DNA of 64,000 nt from Candidatus Forterrea multitransposorum CG_2015-17_Forterrea_25_41 (GTDB taxonomy: Archaea > Iainarchaeota > Iainarchaeia > Iainarchaeales > CSSED10-239): positions 480,001-544,000 of the forward strand of contig CP045477.1 of assembly GCA_009392915.1 (NCBI GenBank). The letters run 5' to 3'. Numbering within the stretch: position 1 is the stretch's first letter; the number at the start of each line of letters is the position of its first letter. The notes beneath the pieces are model-generated. The model saw nothing but the letters and a program-made list of their open reading frames with translations. It made no database searches and was not told where the DNA came from. Shown piece by piece: positions 38,722 to 49,509 of this stretch. The position numbers and the translations under genes are program-made.

Positions 38722-41692
38722 CTTAAACTTTACTCGAACCATTAGTATTAGAGAGCTTAAATACTCGCCCGAAGGCTTGCATCGTATACTCCTAACCTAT
38801 CAAACCGGTCTTCTTCCGGAGTTCTCGTCTCGCATTTCTGCGAAAATGGCTGTCTCGTTTTAGGGTTCGCTTCGTGCTTAGATGCTTTCAGCACTTATCG
38901 AATACAGCGTAGCTACTGGGCATTGCCTTGTCAGACAACCCACACACCAGAGACTGCGACCCATCGTTCCTCTCGTACTAAACGGATCTTACCTTCAAAC
39001 AACCAACACAACCAATAGATAGGAACCAAACTGTCTCGCAACGTTCTTAACCCAGCTAATGTACGGCTTTAATGAGTGAACACCTCCACCCTTGGCTGCT
39101 TGTGCACAGCCAGGATGCCGTAAGCCGACAGCGAGGTAGCAAACCGCGGGGTCGATGTGAACTCTCACCCGCGACAACCCAGTTACCCCCAGGGTAAGTT
39201 CACTGTCAGACTAGGCCCCCATAAATAGGGACACTAGCGTTCGCTAGACCCAAGTTTCCTTCCAACGTTCCGTGCTTTTAAGAACATTGTTAAGCCTGCT
39301 TTTGGTCTTGTCCTCTACGGCTGATTTCTGACCAGCCTGAGCAGACCTTTGGACGCCCCTGATATCTTTTCAGGGGCGTACCGCCCCAGTCCAACCACCC
39401 GATCAAGTGATGTCCGTCATATAGACGTAAGTTGTATTTTTCCTACTAGATGGTGTTACATTGGCGTCTGACTACTTCCTAGCGAAAGCAGCTAAAGCGA
39501 CTCCCATCTACGCTCTATAGTAAAAACAATACAACAACACCAGACTGTGGTAAACCTCCGTGGGGTCTTATCCTCCCATTGGTTGTCCGTGGCTTATTCA
39601 CCACGCTAAGCAAGTTCACTAAGTTAAAGTTAGGGACAGTGACGATCTCGTTACTTCCTTGGTGCAAGCCGACATTTAATCGGCAAGGTATTACGCTACC
39701 ATGAGAGCCTCAGAGTTAGGCCCGCTCTTTACCAGCGCTTAGACCAGTTGGACCTGGCGTTCACGTACTAGCAGTGAGCAGAAGTCAGTGACTATACACA
39801 CCGTTTCCGGCTAGCAGTCACCTGTGTTTTTGATAAACAGTCGGACCATCTTTGTAATTAAAACTTACAGTTTACTCAACCGTAAGCACCCCTTCTACCT
39901 AAGATACAGGGCTAATTTGCCGAATTCCCTTAACTTTATTCTCTTATTACGCTTTGGCCTATTCAGCCAGGGACACCTTTCTCAGTTCTGGGTACGAACA
40001 ACAATACACTTTATAGTTTCTTTTTCATGGACCCTTGGCCTTGATAAAAGATTTCTCCCATTCACCTCTTTAATCTCCATCTCATTATTATAATTCTCCG
40101 GAGATCTATAAGGTTTAGATATGCAGACAAGCATACTCCACCTTGCCAAAAGTGTTAGAAACTATACTTGCGTTACCACACGTGCATTATCGGTACAGGA
40201 ATATGAACCTGTTTCCCTTTCGTCATTCTTCGAGTTACGAAGAGACTTAGGATCGACTTACCCTTAGCTAAAGATTAGTGCTAAGGAACCCTTGCCCTTT
40301 CAGCGGAAATGATTCTCACATTTCTTTGATGTTACTATCGCGAGGATCCATATCTTTGACAGATCCAGTGGACGTTACCCCCCACCTTCTGCTCTATCAA
40401 AGCACCTACCTACCAGATCACATATTGCATGTGCTCTATGATATCGGCGACAAACTTAGCCCCGTTAATTTTCAAGGCAATCGTCCTAGATTGGTGAGCT
40501 ATTACGCACTCTTTAAAGGATGGCTGCTTCTAAGCCAACCTCCCAATTGTCTTAGGAAAACTACTCTTTTCGAATTTACACTTAGTTTGTACTTAAGGGC
40601 CTTAATCATAGTCTGGGTTTTTTCCCTTTTGGAACAGAGGCTTACCCCCCGCCCCCTACTCTGGACTTCTTAGAAAATAACAGATTCGGAGTTTAACAAG
40701 AAAGGTGGAAATTTCTTCCCAGTACTTTCTAATCAGTAGCTCTACCCCGTTATTCTTCTCCATCCATGCTAACCTCAGAGTTATTTCGATAGGAGCCCGC
40801 TATCACCAGGTTCGATAACCTTATCAGTCCTACTCCCAAGTCATACGAACAGTTAGACTAGTACCGCTTATGACCTCCACCAACCAGGCGGTTGGTTTCA
40901 TCAAGCTCAGGAGTTTATCACCTGGTTTCGGGTCTAGTTTATGTGACTTAAGGCACAGTTAATACCTTTAGCCCTCAGAATCTTGCGGCACATCGGTTTC
41001 CCTACGACACAACGACTTAATCGCTTAGTCTTGCCACACAAACTAACTCCCTCGCCCGTGCTTCGTGACGGACAGTGTGACCCTGATCAAGTAATTTGCG
41101 CTTTAAAAGTTACCTTTTATCACTTATAAATTACTCTCATTCCTTTCAAGCCACACCCGCGCTGTCACCAATTAGTTTCAAGTGCTTTTTACTCCCCGTC
41201 AAGGGATCTTTTCAACATTCCTTCGCAGTACTCGTTCACTATCGGTCTTGTGTTATATTTAGAATTAGCTGTAAATGCCAGCTATTTTCTTACGCGATAT
41301 CCAACGCGCAATACTCTAGGACATCGGAAATCTTCTCAGATATCTTCTGCTTACGGGACTATCACCCTCTATGGTAGATCTTTCCAGATCGCTTCAACTT
41401 AAATATATAAGAAGTAACCAAGCCATACCCCACATGTCTCTTATATTACTATAAGAGATTCGGTTTGTTCTCTTCTGCTTTCGATCAACTCTATTTACAG
41501 AATCACTATTGTTTTCTTTTCCTCCAGGTACTAAGATGCTTCAATTCCCTGGGTTACCCCTTCACCTTATTTTCATAAAGTGAATAATTCAGAAATCTTG
41601 GGATCAAAGGTTGCATGCACCTACCCCAAGCTTATCGCAGCTTGCCACGTCCTTCATCAGTACACAAGCCAAGTTATCCACTAATTGGTTTA
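38722..41692 (-). rRNA. 23S (large-subunit) rRNA, archaeal
   Basis: The reverse complement contains domain V/VI landmarks: GCTGGGTTAAGAACGTTGCGAGACAGTTTGG, the sarcin-ricin loop TAGTACGAGAGGAAC, the A-loop GGAGGTGTTCAC, and the 5' region GATGAAGGACGTG. GC-rich relative to its surroundings. End coordinates are approximate to within ~10 nt. Confidence 0.9.
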
Positions 41693-41748
41693 GCTAAAAT
41701 TTAAGAATCATTTTTTTTTAACCAAATAAACTTGCTTTTGTTATTATT

Positions 41749-41764
41749 AGGCATTATTTCCTAC
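41749..41764 (-). other. 5' half of the 23S processing stem (AGGCATTATTTCCTAC on the + strand)
   Basis: Perfect complement of 38663..38678. Confidence 0.6.
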
Positions 41765-42068
41765 TTCTTTCATTCCGTAAAATTTGTTAAGTATTAAACG
41801 GTCTAACTCACTAAGAAAAAACTCCTAGTGGGTAATATAATCTTTAGAAGAGCAAAGCTTTTAAAGGTATTGTTTTTTTCCTAAGTGATTTTTTAAAATT
41901 AAAAAAAAGAAGGTTAAATTAAACTTTATTTAGAGTAAAAAACAATTAAAATTACTTAATTTTAGTTTGAACGGTTTTAAAAGGTTTTTTAATACAACTT
42001 AACTTATAAAAACACTTAGATGAATTTTTTAAAAAATTAAGATTTTAAAAAAATATTAATACATAAAA

Positions 42069-42437
42069 TTATTTTGCAGAAACTAATTCACATTTTGTAG
42101 AAATTACTACTTGATGAGAGATATTTTTTTCAATATAACTTTTACATTGGTTTTTAGGATTATTATCAACAATACTTATTTTTGGTTGATTAACCACATC
42201 ACAAGCCCAACCTTTAACAATTTCTTCTGAAAGACAAGGTCCTTCTGTTAAAATTATTCCTTTAGTGTTTGCCTGAAGACATTCTTGAATACAATTATCT
42301 ATTGCAAGATCTTTATTTTCCATAAAAGAAGAGGGTTTATTAAAAATAACATTTAAAACACCAGCTACAAGTATTAATAAAAAAACTATAATATACACTG
42401 AAAATGGAATCTTTGCTTTTAGAAAATTAATTTTCAA
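42069..42437 (-). CDS. Small secreted/membrane-anchored Cys-rich protein
   Basis: N-terminal TM/signal sequence and 7 Cys in ~90 aa. Confidence 0.3.
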   Translation of the reverse strand: MKINFLKAKIPFSVYIIVFLLILVAGVLNVIFNKPSSFMENKDLAIDNCIQECLQANTKGIILTEGPCLSEEIVKGWACDVVNQPKISIVDNNPKNQCKSYIEKNISHQVVISTKCELVSAK

Positions 42438-42593
42438 AATTACCTTTTCTCCTTAGGGTTTAATAATTAAACAATTATATATGATATTAAATAAATATAA
42501 ATGTTTCTATTTAACATATTTTTTAATAAATATATTGAAAAAACTAAAAAGATATAAAAAGACTTATATATTATAATATATAAGTGAATAATT

Positions 42594-43793
42594 ATGTTAA
42601 TTGGAATTGTCGGAAAACCTAACGTGGGAAAAACAACTTTTTTTAGAGCTTTAACATTAATGGATGCAGAATCTGCAAATTATCCGTTTACAACAATTGA
42701 CCCTAACAAAGGAGTTGGTTTTGTAAGAAATAAATGTATTGATACTTTTTTTAATACACAATGCAATCCAAGAACAGGATACTGTAAAAACCACATAAGA
42801 TATCTTCCTGTAGATGTTATTGATGTTGCAGGTTTAGTTCCAGGAGCATCTGAAGGAAGAGGACTTGGAAATAAGTTTTTAACTGACCTTAACCAAGCAG
42901 ATGTTTTAATACAAGTAATTGATGCATCAGGTTCCACTGATGAAGAAGGAAAACCTGTTAAAGCTGGAAGTTATAATCCATCTCTTGAAATTAAATTTTT
43001 AGTTGAAGAAATTGAAAAATGGTTATTTGATATTTTTAAAAGAAATTTTATAAAAATTGGAACTGTTCAAAGAGTACAAAAAATTAAAACATTAAGAGTT
43101 TTAGAAGAATATCTCTATTCAACATTAGGATCAAAAGAAGAAGAAATACTTCAAGCACTTAAAAAAAGTAATTTAGTTGATAAAAATATTGCAGAATGGA
43201 CAGATGAAGAACTTTTATTTTTTACAAAAGAGATTAGAAAAGTTTCAAAACCTATAGTTATTGCTGCAAACAAAATAGATCTTCCTTTTGCAAAAGAAAA
43301 TATTGAAAGAATGAAAGAAGAATTTCCTGAACTTACAATTATTCCATGTTCTGCAGAATCAGAATATGCTCTAAAAGCTGCAGAAAAAGCAAAAATTATT
43401 GAATATCTACCAGGAGATTCTACCTTTAAAATATTGAAAGAAGATTTATCTGATAAACAAAAACAAGCTCTTGAATTTATAAAAACAAATATTTTAGAAA
43501 AATATCAAGAAACTGGAGTTCAAAAAATATTAGACACTTCTGTTTTTGAAGTTTTAAAATATATTGCAGTATATCCAGGAGGAACAAAAGGACTAGGGGA
43601 TAAAGATGGAAATATCTTACCTGACTGTTTCTTAATGCCACCTGGCTCAAAAGCAATTGATTTTGCTTTTAAACTGCATACAGACTTTGGTAAAAACTTT
43701 ATTAAAGCAATTGATGTTAAGACAAAAATGCTTCTAGGAAAAGATCATCCTTTAAAAAATAATGATTGTATTGAAATTGTTTCTGGGAAGTGA
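42594..43793 (+). CDS. Obg-family P-loop GTPase (YchF/OLA1-like) with C-terminal TGS domain
   Basis: MLIGIVGKPNVGKTTFF G1 motif, ANYPFTTIDPNKGV, DVAGLV G3 motif, and a C-terminal TGS-like segment. Confidence 0.65.
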   Translation: MLIGIVGKPNVGKTTFFRALTLMDAESANYPFTTIDPNKGVGFVRNKCIDTFFNTQCNPRTGYCKNHIRYLPVDVIDVAGLVPGASEGRGLGNKFLTDLNQADVLIQVIDASGSTDEEGKPVKAGSYNPSLEIKFLVEEIEKWLFDIFKRNFIKIGTVQRVQKIKTLRVLEEYLYSTLGSKEEEILQALKKSNLVDKNIAEWTDEELLFFTKEIRKVSKPIVIAANKIDLPFAKENIERMKEEFPELTIIPCSAESEYALKAAEKAKIIEYLPGDSTFKILKEDLSDKQKQALEFIKTNILEKYQETGVQKILDTSVFEVLKYIAVYPGGTKGLGDKDGNILPDCFLMPPGSKAIDFAFKLHTDFGKNFIKAIDVKTKMLLGKDHPLKNNDCIEIVSGK

Positions 43794-43797
43794 AAAA

Positions 43798-44313
43798 ATG
43801 GCAATAAAAATAGAACTTAAAGAGAATCTTACAAAAGAAGAATATGATCAAATTTCTCAGATATATGCAAAAACATTTACAATCAAAAATGAATTTACAG
43901 AAACAAATTTAAGTTTGAAAAATTGTAATAAATTGTTTGAAAAATTTCCTAAATCTTCTGCTCTTATAAAAGATAATAAAAAAACAATTGGACAAACATG
44001 GATTGTCCCTACAAATAGAAAAATAATGACTGAATTTCTTGAAAATAAAATAACAGAACAAGAAATGGTTTTAAAGTCTTTAAAAAAAGTTTCTTTAGAT
44101 AACTTTAATTGCATTTATCTTTTTTATTCTTCAATATTTCAAAAATATAGAAGACAAGGATTAATATTCAAAGCAAGAATAAAAACATTAAACCACTACA
44201 TTAAATTTAATAAAAAAATAATTCTATTTGCATGGGTATACTCTAAAGAAGGAGAAAACCTAGCAATAAAGACTGCTGAAAAATATAAACTACCTTTAAT
44301 TATTAAAAAATAA
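43798..44313 (+). CDS. Hypothetical protein, possible GNAT-fold acetyltransferase
   Basis: YRRQGLIFKA resembles GNAT motif A (R/QxxGxG/A). The ORF-track start at 43762 overlaps the upstream gene, so the start is probably the Met at 43798. Confidence 0.25.
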   Translation: MAIKIELKENLTKEEYDQISQIYAKTFTIKNEFTETNLSLKNCNKLFEKFPKSSALIKDNKKTIGQTWIVPTNRKIMTEFLENKITEQEMVLKSLKKVSLDNFNCIYLFYSSIFQKYRRQGLIFKARIKTLNHYIKFNKKIILFAWVYSKEGENLAIKTAEKYKLPLIIKK

Positions 44314-45696
44314 TTATTTTAAAATAAGATTAAACTTCTTTTTATTTCTTTTATTAAATAAATAATCTATGTCAGTTTCTTTAATAGTTACTTTTTTAGA
44401 TTTAATAATCTTTATTTTATCTCCATTTTTAAGAAGATGAGACTTATCTTTAATTATTTCTCCATTAATTTCTGCAAAATAAAAATATTTTGCAAAATCA
44501 GAATGAAGAGAAAATGCAAAATCTAGAAGAGTTGATTTTTTTGGGATTACAATTTCTTGATTTGTTTGGGTATAAACACTAATATAATCTATATATGAAA
44601 TATCTTTTGGTTTTTCAATTAATGTTTTATCTTTTAAAATATTAATTAAACGATTATCTTTTTCAGAAAATTCAATATTTTTATAGTGGAAATGAGCAGA
44701 AACACCAAACTCAGCATTGTTATGCATATCTATAGTTCTTATTTGTATTTCTAAAGGAAATCCATCTAAAATAATATTTAAGTGAATAGATTGATAACCA
44801 TTTTCTTTAGGATGCTTAATAAAATCTCTTACCTTTATATCATTATTCTCAATTACATTCAAATTATCTTTAATAAATTTTAAAGCAACATAACATTCTT
44901 TCTTAGAATTATAAATTAACCTTAAAGCATAAATATCTAAAACTTCATCAATATTATTTTTTTCTTTTCTAATAAATATTTTCTGAAATAAACTACCAGG
45001 ACTTTTATATCTATAATTATAAGTTATTGGCTTATGACCTGAATTTTTTAAAAGATTAATAACAGTTTCTTTTAAAGAAGTAAGTTTTTCTAAAGGATAT
45101 CTTTTTTTAAGTTCAGCATAATTTTTATTAAAACTATCTTTATATTTTAATTTCATTAGTTGAGTTAAAAAATCTTCTTTAAAATTTTGCATACCAAGTT
45201 GATAAGCTAAAGGAAAAATTGCAATTTCAATAATATCTAAAAATCTTTTTTTAAATTCAGGATCTTTTATTTTAGGAAAATAATCTAAAATAACTAAAGC
45301 TTCACCAAAAGTAATAATAATTGCTTCAATTTTAAAAAAAGACTGAACAATCATATTTTTAATTTTTATAGGAGAAATAGAAGGATTATTTATTAGATTA
45401 TAAAAATTAATAAAATAAATATCTTTAGATATCTTTCTAATAATTTTTACAAAACCCTTTTCTTTAATATTTAAATTATATTTATAAGGATTATAAAGAA
45501 CAGATGAAATTATAATATTTTCATCATAAACATTTAATCTTTTAGCAATAGCTAGAGAATATTCTACTAAAGATATATTCTTAAAAACATATTTATCAGA
45601 ATAATTATCTATAATTAAATTATATGATTTTTCAATATTTGAAGTATAATCTTTAATTAATTCTTTATATTCTTTTACAAATTTATTTTTAATCAT
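44314..45696 (-). CDS. RelA/SpoT-homologue (RSH) protein: degenerate N-terminal HD-like region, intact (p)ppGpp-synthetase motif, C-terminal TGS domain
   Basis: DIYALRLI…ECYVALKFI…DFIKHPKENGYQSIHLNI…EIQIRTIDMHNNAEFGVSAHFHYK matches the RSH synthetase signature (DYIA.PK.NGYQSLHT…EVQIRT.eMH..AE.GVAAHW.YK). IAIFPLAYQLGMQNFKEDF matches the preceding helix. The HD dyad is replaced by YN. C-terminal TGS: LLDFAFSLHSDFAKYF…NGDKIKII. Confidence 0.6.
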   Translation of the reverse strand: MIKNKFVKEYKELIKDYTSNIEKSYNLIIDNYSDKYVFKNISLVEYSLAIAKRLNVYDENIIISSVLYNPYKYNLNIKEKGFVKIIRKISKDIYFINFYNLINNPSISPIKIKNMIVQSFFKIEAIIITFGEALVILDYFPKIKDPEFKKRFLDIIEIAIFPLAYQLGMQNFKEDFLTQLMKLKYKDSFNKNYAELKKRYPLEKLTSLKETVINLLKNSGHKPITYNYRYKSPGSLFQKIFIRKEKNNIDEVLDIYALRLIYNSKKECYVALKFIKDNLNVIENNDIKVRDFIKHPKENGYQSIHLNIILDGFPLEIQIRTIDMHNNAEFGVSAHFHYKNIEFSEKDNRLINILKDKTLIEKPKDISYIDYISVYTQTNQEIVIPKKSTLLDFAFSLHSDFAKYFYFAEINGEIIKDKSHLLKNGDKIKIIKSKKVTIKETDIDYLFNKRNKKKFNLILK

Positions 45697-45739
45697 TTTA
45701 ATTCTCTACTGTATGGTTTATTTATTTGTTTAAAAAATA

Positions 45740-48607
45740 CTACTCAACTAAAAAACCTATTTTTCCAGGAGTTGCACTTTTTGCTTTTTCATTATCACTT
45801 TCTTCTGCTTTTATAATTTCAATAGATGTATTAAAAGTTAATTCTAAAAAATCTTTAATAGAAATTAAAAAATTATAATCTTCTTCTTGAGTTTTAATAT
45901 TTTCTTTAGACATTGGTTGTTTTAATAACTTAGGAATAGCTTTTGAAACTTCTTGTTTATTATCTGGATATTTAGAAATAAATTTGGAAATAATTTGTCC
46001 AACATTTTTAGTAATTTCAAGTTCAGCAATAACTTCTGAATAAAAAACATATTTCCAAGATTCAGATACAAATAAAGAAATTTTATTTATTTTTTCAAGA
46101 CCTGAAAGCTTAATTACATTTCTTAAGTTACTAATCATTTTTTCAACATTTTTTTCTTTATCATCAAGAGAAAGATTTATTTTTTCAATTTCAATTTCAG
46201 GAAATGTTTGTTTAACAACAAGTGTTTTATTTCCAACTAAACTATTAAGTTCTTCAGAAGTATGAGGAGTGAAAAGACCCATTGTTAAAATCCATTTTTT
46301 AAGAACTGAAAATATAACTTTTTTATTTATTCCACCTCTCTTAAGATACCAAGAAAAGTCATTATAAAAATTAAAATAAATTTCATCAGTAGCAGCTTTA
46401 AACTCTATTTTTTCCATAGATTCAATAATTGTTTGAAGTCTTAAATTAAATTTAGATTCAAACCATCTATCAAGTTCAGTTTCTTTTAAATCTTCTTTAA
46501 ACTCATTTGAAGAAATAATATTTTCAATAAACACAAATATTCTTTCAAGTCTTTGTTTATAAGTCTTTAAATCTTCTTCTTCAAAAGTAATATCAACAAA
46601 AGGACTTGCAATATTTGCATAGAAAAGTCTAATTGCATCTACAGAATATTTTTCTGCTTCAGATCCAATAGAACCTACTCCACCTTTAGATTTAGAAATT
46701 TTACCACCATTTGAAACAACCCACCAATTCACAAAAATTCCTTTAGGATAGAAATTTTTTTCAAAAACAGCAACATGATTCATTAAAAATGTTGGAAAAT
46801 GAACTGTTTGATGTTCTTTACCACCTAAATTAATATCTAATGGATACCAATAAATTACATCTTTTCTAATATTCTCTAAAATATTAATATCTATTGAAAT
46901 ATTTTTTGCAACCTCAATTGAATTTCCTTTTCCTAAAAACACAAAGTCAAAAAATTCTTCAGTTAATTGTTCAACATTTATTCTTCCTTGATTTACATAA
47001 AGTGAAACTAAATAATAAATAGGATAAAGAGTACTATCTGATATTGGTTCAACTGTATAAGATGGATCAAAAGGAAGTTTTGTTCCAAGCCAAGTTCCTT
47101 GTCTTGCACAAGCTCTATCATCAAACCAATTTAAAACATTTGGTAAATTCTTTTTAAAAGAATCTGGTAAAATAGACATTTCTTTAACATACTCAATTGT
47201 TTTTTCAGTTAATTGTTTATCTGAATATTTAATAAACCATTGATCATCTATTCTTTTTATGACAACTGGAGAAGAACATCTACAAAGAACTTCTTCTGAT
47301 AAATCATAAAAGATAAAAGCATTATTTTCATCAATCATTTTTTGTTTTATTTTATCTTTTGCAACTTCTACTTTAAGGCCTGCATATTCATCACAAACTT
47401 CACTCATAACCCCTGTATGATATCCTTTTTTGTAAACTTCTTTTTTTGCAATTTCTAACTTTTCAGTATCTTTTTGAGAATTAATTTTCATATTTTCACA
47501 AATTTCAACTGCAGGAAAATCACCGAAATCTTTAGATTTAATTATTGGTATTAGTTTAATATCTTTAATAGTTTCAAAATCTAAATTATATTTATCACAT
47601 TCTTCTTTTGATCTTTGTAAGTCATAAAGACCCATCCAATCAGCAGGAGCATCAGAAGGAACAGAAGTTACAATTCCAGTTCCTATCTTAGGATCACAAA
47701 AAGAAGAAGGTAATATAATTATCTCTCTATTAATTATTGGAGGAGTAACATACTTACCTAAAAGTTCACTTCCTTTAAAAGATTGACCTAAAAGTTCAAG
47801 ATTATCTACTTGATATTTTATTTTTTCATAAAAATCTTTTGATGCAATCCAAGTTTCATCTCCAGATTTTATTTTCACATATTCTTCTTCTGAGGAAAGC
47901 CAAATATTTGTTTGACCATAAACTGTTTCAGGTCTTAAAGTTGCAACTAAAATAAATTGATTTTCTTTTTCAAATTTTAATTTAATAATTGTAAACTCTT
48001 GTTTTTCTGCATTTCCACCTTTTGATAAATCCATTTCAGATGGGTCTACTGCAACAGGTCCACATTTAACACAAGCTGTTGCAAAATAAGGTTTTTGTAC
48101 AAGCAAATCTTTTTCTTTTAATTTTCTAAATTGCCATTCAATAAACTTTTGATAATCAGGATAAGTGGTTACAGTAAATCTTCTATCATCAACTAAATAA
48201 CCATAAGAAATATAATCTTTAACATACATTTGAGAAAAAAAATCAACAAAACCTTCAGGTGTTGAAATTTGATCTAAATTTTCTTTTGTTAAACCTTTAC
48301 TTTTATAATACTCAATTGTATCAGAATCATTTTCTTTAACTTTTAAAGCCTTTGAAACAGCACCATTTCCAGAAGCATGCCCTCCAGCTGATAGTAAAAC
48401 ATTATAACCTTGCATTCTTTTAAACCTACAAACAGCATCAGCATAAGAATACCCTCTCATATGCCCTACATGATGGAAACCAGATACTGTTAAGTATGCC
48501 CAGATTAAGAAAAATTTAGGTTTTGTCTCATCTCTATTTGAAACACCTATATTTTCTTCTTTCCATTTTGTTTGCCATTTTTTTTCAAAGTCATTATAGT
48601 TATACAT
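45740..48607 (-). CDS. leuS: Leucyl-tRNA synthetase (archaeal/eukaryal type)
   Basis: HIGH (HHVGHMRGY) and KMSKS (KISKSKGG) motifs. 955 aa. Confidence 0.85.
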   Translation of the reverse strand: MYNYNDFEKKWQTKWKEENIGVSNRDETKPKFFLIWAYLTVSGFHHVGHMRGYSYADAVCRFKRMQGYNVLLSAGGHASGNGAVSKALKVKENDSDTIEYYKSKGLTKENLDQISTPEGFVDFFSQMYVKDYISYGYLVDDRRFTVTTYPDYQKFIEWQFRKLKEKDLLVQKPYFATACVKCGPVAVDPSEMDLSKGGNAEKQEFTIIKLKFEKENQFILVATLRPETVYGQTNIWLSSEEEYVKIKSGDETWIASKDFYEKIKYQVDNLELLGQSFKGSELLGKYVTPPIINREIIILPSSFCDPKIGTGIVTSVPSDAPADWMGLYDLQRSKEECDKYNLDFETIKDIKLIPIIKSKDFGDFPAVEICENMKINSQKDTEKLEIAKKEVYKKGYHTGVMSEVCDEYAGLKVEVAKDKIKQKMIDENNAFIFYDLSEEVLCRCSSPVVIKRIDDQWFIKYSDKQLTEKTIEYVKEMSILPDSFKKNLPNVLNWFDDRACARQGTWLGTKLPFDPSYTVEPISDSTLYPIYYLVSLYVNQGRINVEQLTEEFFDFVFLGKGNSIEVAKNISIDINILENIRKDVIYWYPLDINLGGKEHQTVHFPTFLMNHVAVFEKNFYPKGIFVNWWVVSNGGKISKSKGGVGSIGSEAEKYSVDAIRLFYANIASPFVDITFEEEDLKTYKQRLERIFVFIENIISSNEFKEDLKETELDRWFESKFNLRLQTIIESMEKIEFKAATDEIYFNFYNDFSWYLKRGGINKKVIFSVLKKWILTMGLFTPHTSEELNSLVGNKTLVVKQTFPEIEIEKINLSLDDKEKNVEKMISNLRNVIKLSGLEKINKISLFVSESWKYVFYSEVIAELEITKNVGQIISKFISKYPDNKQEVSKAIPKLLKQPMSKENIKTQEEDYNFLISIKDFLELTFNTSIEIIKAEESDNEKAKSATPGKIGFLVE

Positions 48608-48686
48608 GTATTCTCTTATTTTAAATATATTTTAGTATATAATATTAAGTATAGAAATGTTTATAAAAACTCAAGAAACTTAAAAA

Positions 48687-49487
48687 CTATTTTTCTCTTT
48701 CAACAAATAAATAAACTTGAGGAAGATCTGGAGATTTCTTTTTAAAATTTGAAGGAAGATATGAAAAATCTGCTTTAAAACCTCTTTTCTCTAGTGCTTT
48801 TAAAACTTGCATTCTGTGTTCTTTATCTAGATTAGTACGAAGCAATATAGGATTAAAACTAAAAATAGCCACACCACCATTATTTAAAGAATAAAGATAT
48901 TTTAAAAGAACTTCTTTTTTTAAAGGAGTTTGAGTATAATGAAAACCACCATAGACAGAAATAATTAAATCATATTTTCTTTCAGGAATAAAATTAATAA
49001 CATTCCCTATTTTTTTAAAATCAATATTTTTTGTAGAAAAGCTTTTTGTTAAAGAAACTGCTGTTGTTTTTAAATCTGCAGATACTTTTTTTTCTTTTTT
49101 TAAAGTATTCCATTTTTCTTTAAGCTGTGATAAAAAATAACCTCTACCAGCACCATCATCTAAAACATTAATTTCTTTTTTTTTATATTTCTGTTCAATC
49201 ATTTTTAAAGTAGAAATTATATCTCTTCTAAAAACAAGACTTTTAAGAGAAACTGTATTATTTAAGATTTGTTTAAAAATAAGATTATAATCTTTATATT
49301 TTCTATCTAAAATATATCTTCCAGACCTATCACTTTTCTTTAGTTTATTTAAAGAAAACTTAAGTCTTTGAGAAATTTCCTTATTTTTCAATTTTTTAGA
49401 AATTAGATCTTTTTGTAAAGATACCATACCATTAGAAATTTCTTTTTTAGTTTCTGACTTAGGATTAGTTTTTAATTTTTTAATCAT
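48687..49487 (-). CDS. Class I SAM-dependent methyltransferase
   Basis: Motif I VLDDGAGRGY, then a LIISV…GGVAIF fold pattern. Confidence 0.4.
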   Translation of the reverse strand: MIKKLKTNPKSETKKEISNGMVSLQKDLISKKLKNKEISQRLKFSLNKLKKSDRSGRYILDRKYKDYNLIFKQILNNTVSLKSLVFRRDIISTLKMIEQKYKKKEINVLDDGAGRGYFLSQLKEKWNTLKKEKKVSADLKTTAVSLTKSFSTKNIDFKKIGNVINFIPERKYDLIISVYGGFHYTQTPLKKEVLLKYLYSLNNGGVAIFSFNPILLRTNLDKEHRMQVLKALEKRGFKADFSYLPSNFKKKSPDLPQVYLFVEREK

Positions 49488-49509
49488 ATCTAAAAATTTT
49501 TAAAAACAA

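Noticed and set aside
38995-41377. ORF-track entries 38995..39177, 39824..40093, 40278..40673 and 41096..41377 inside the GC-rich block
   Set aside because: They lie entirely within the 23S rRNA gene and are spurious open frames in structural RNA.
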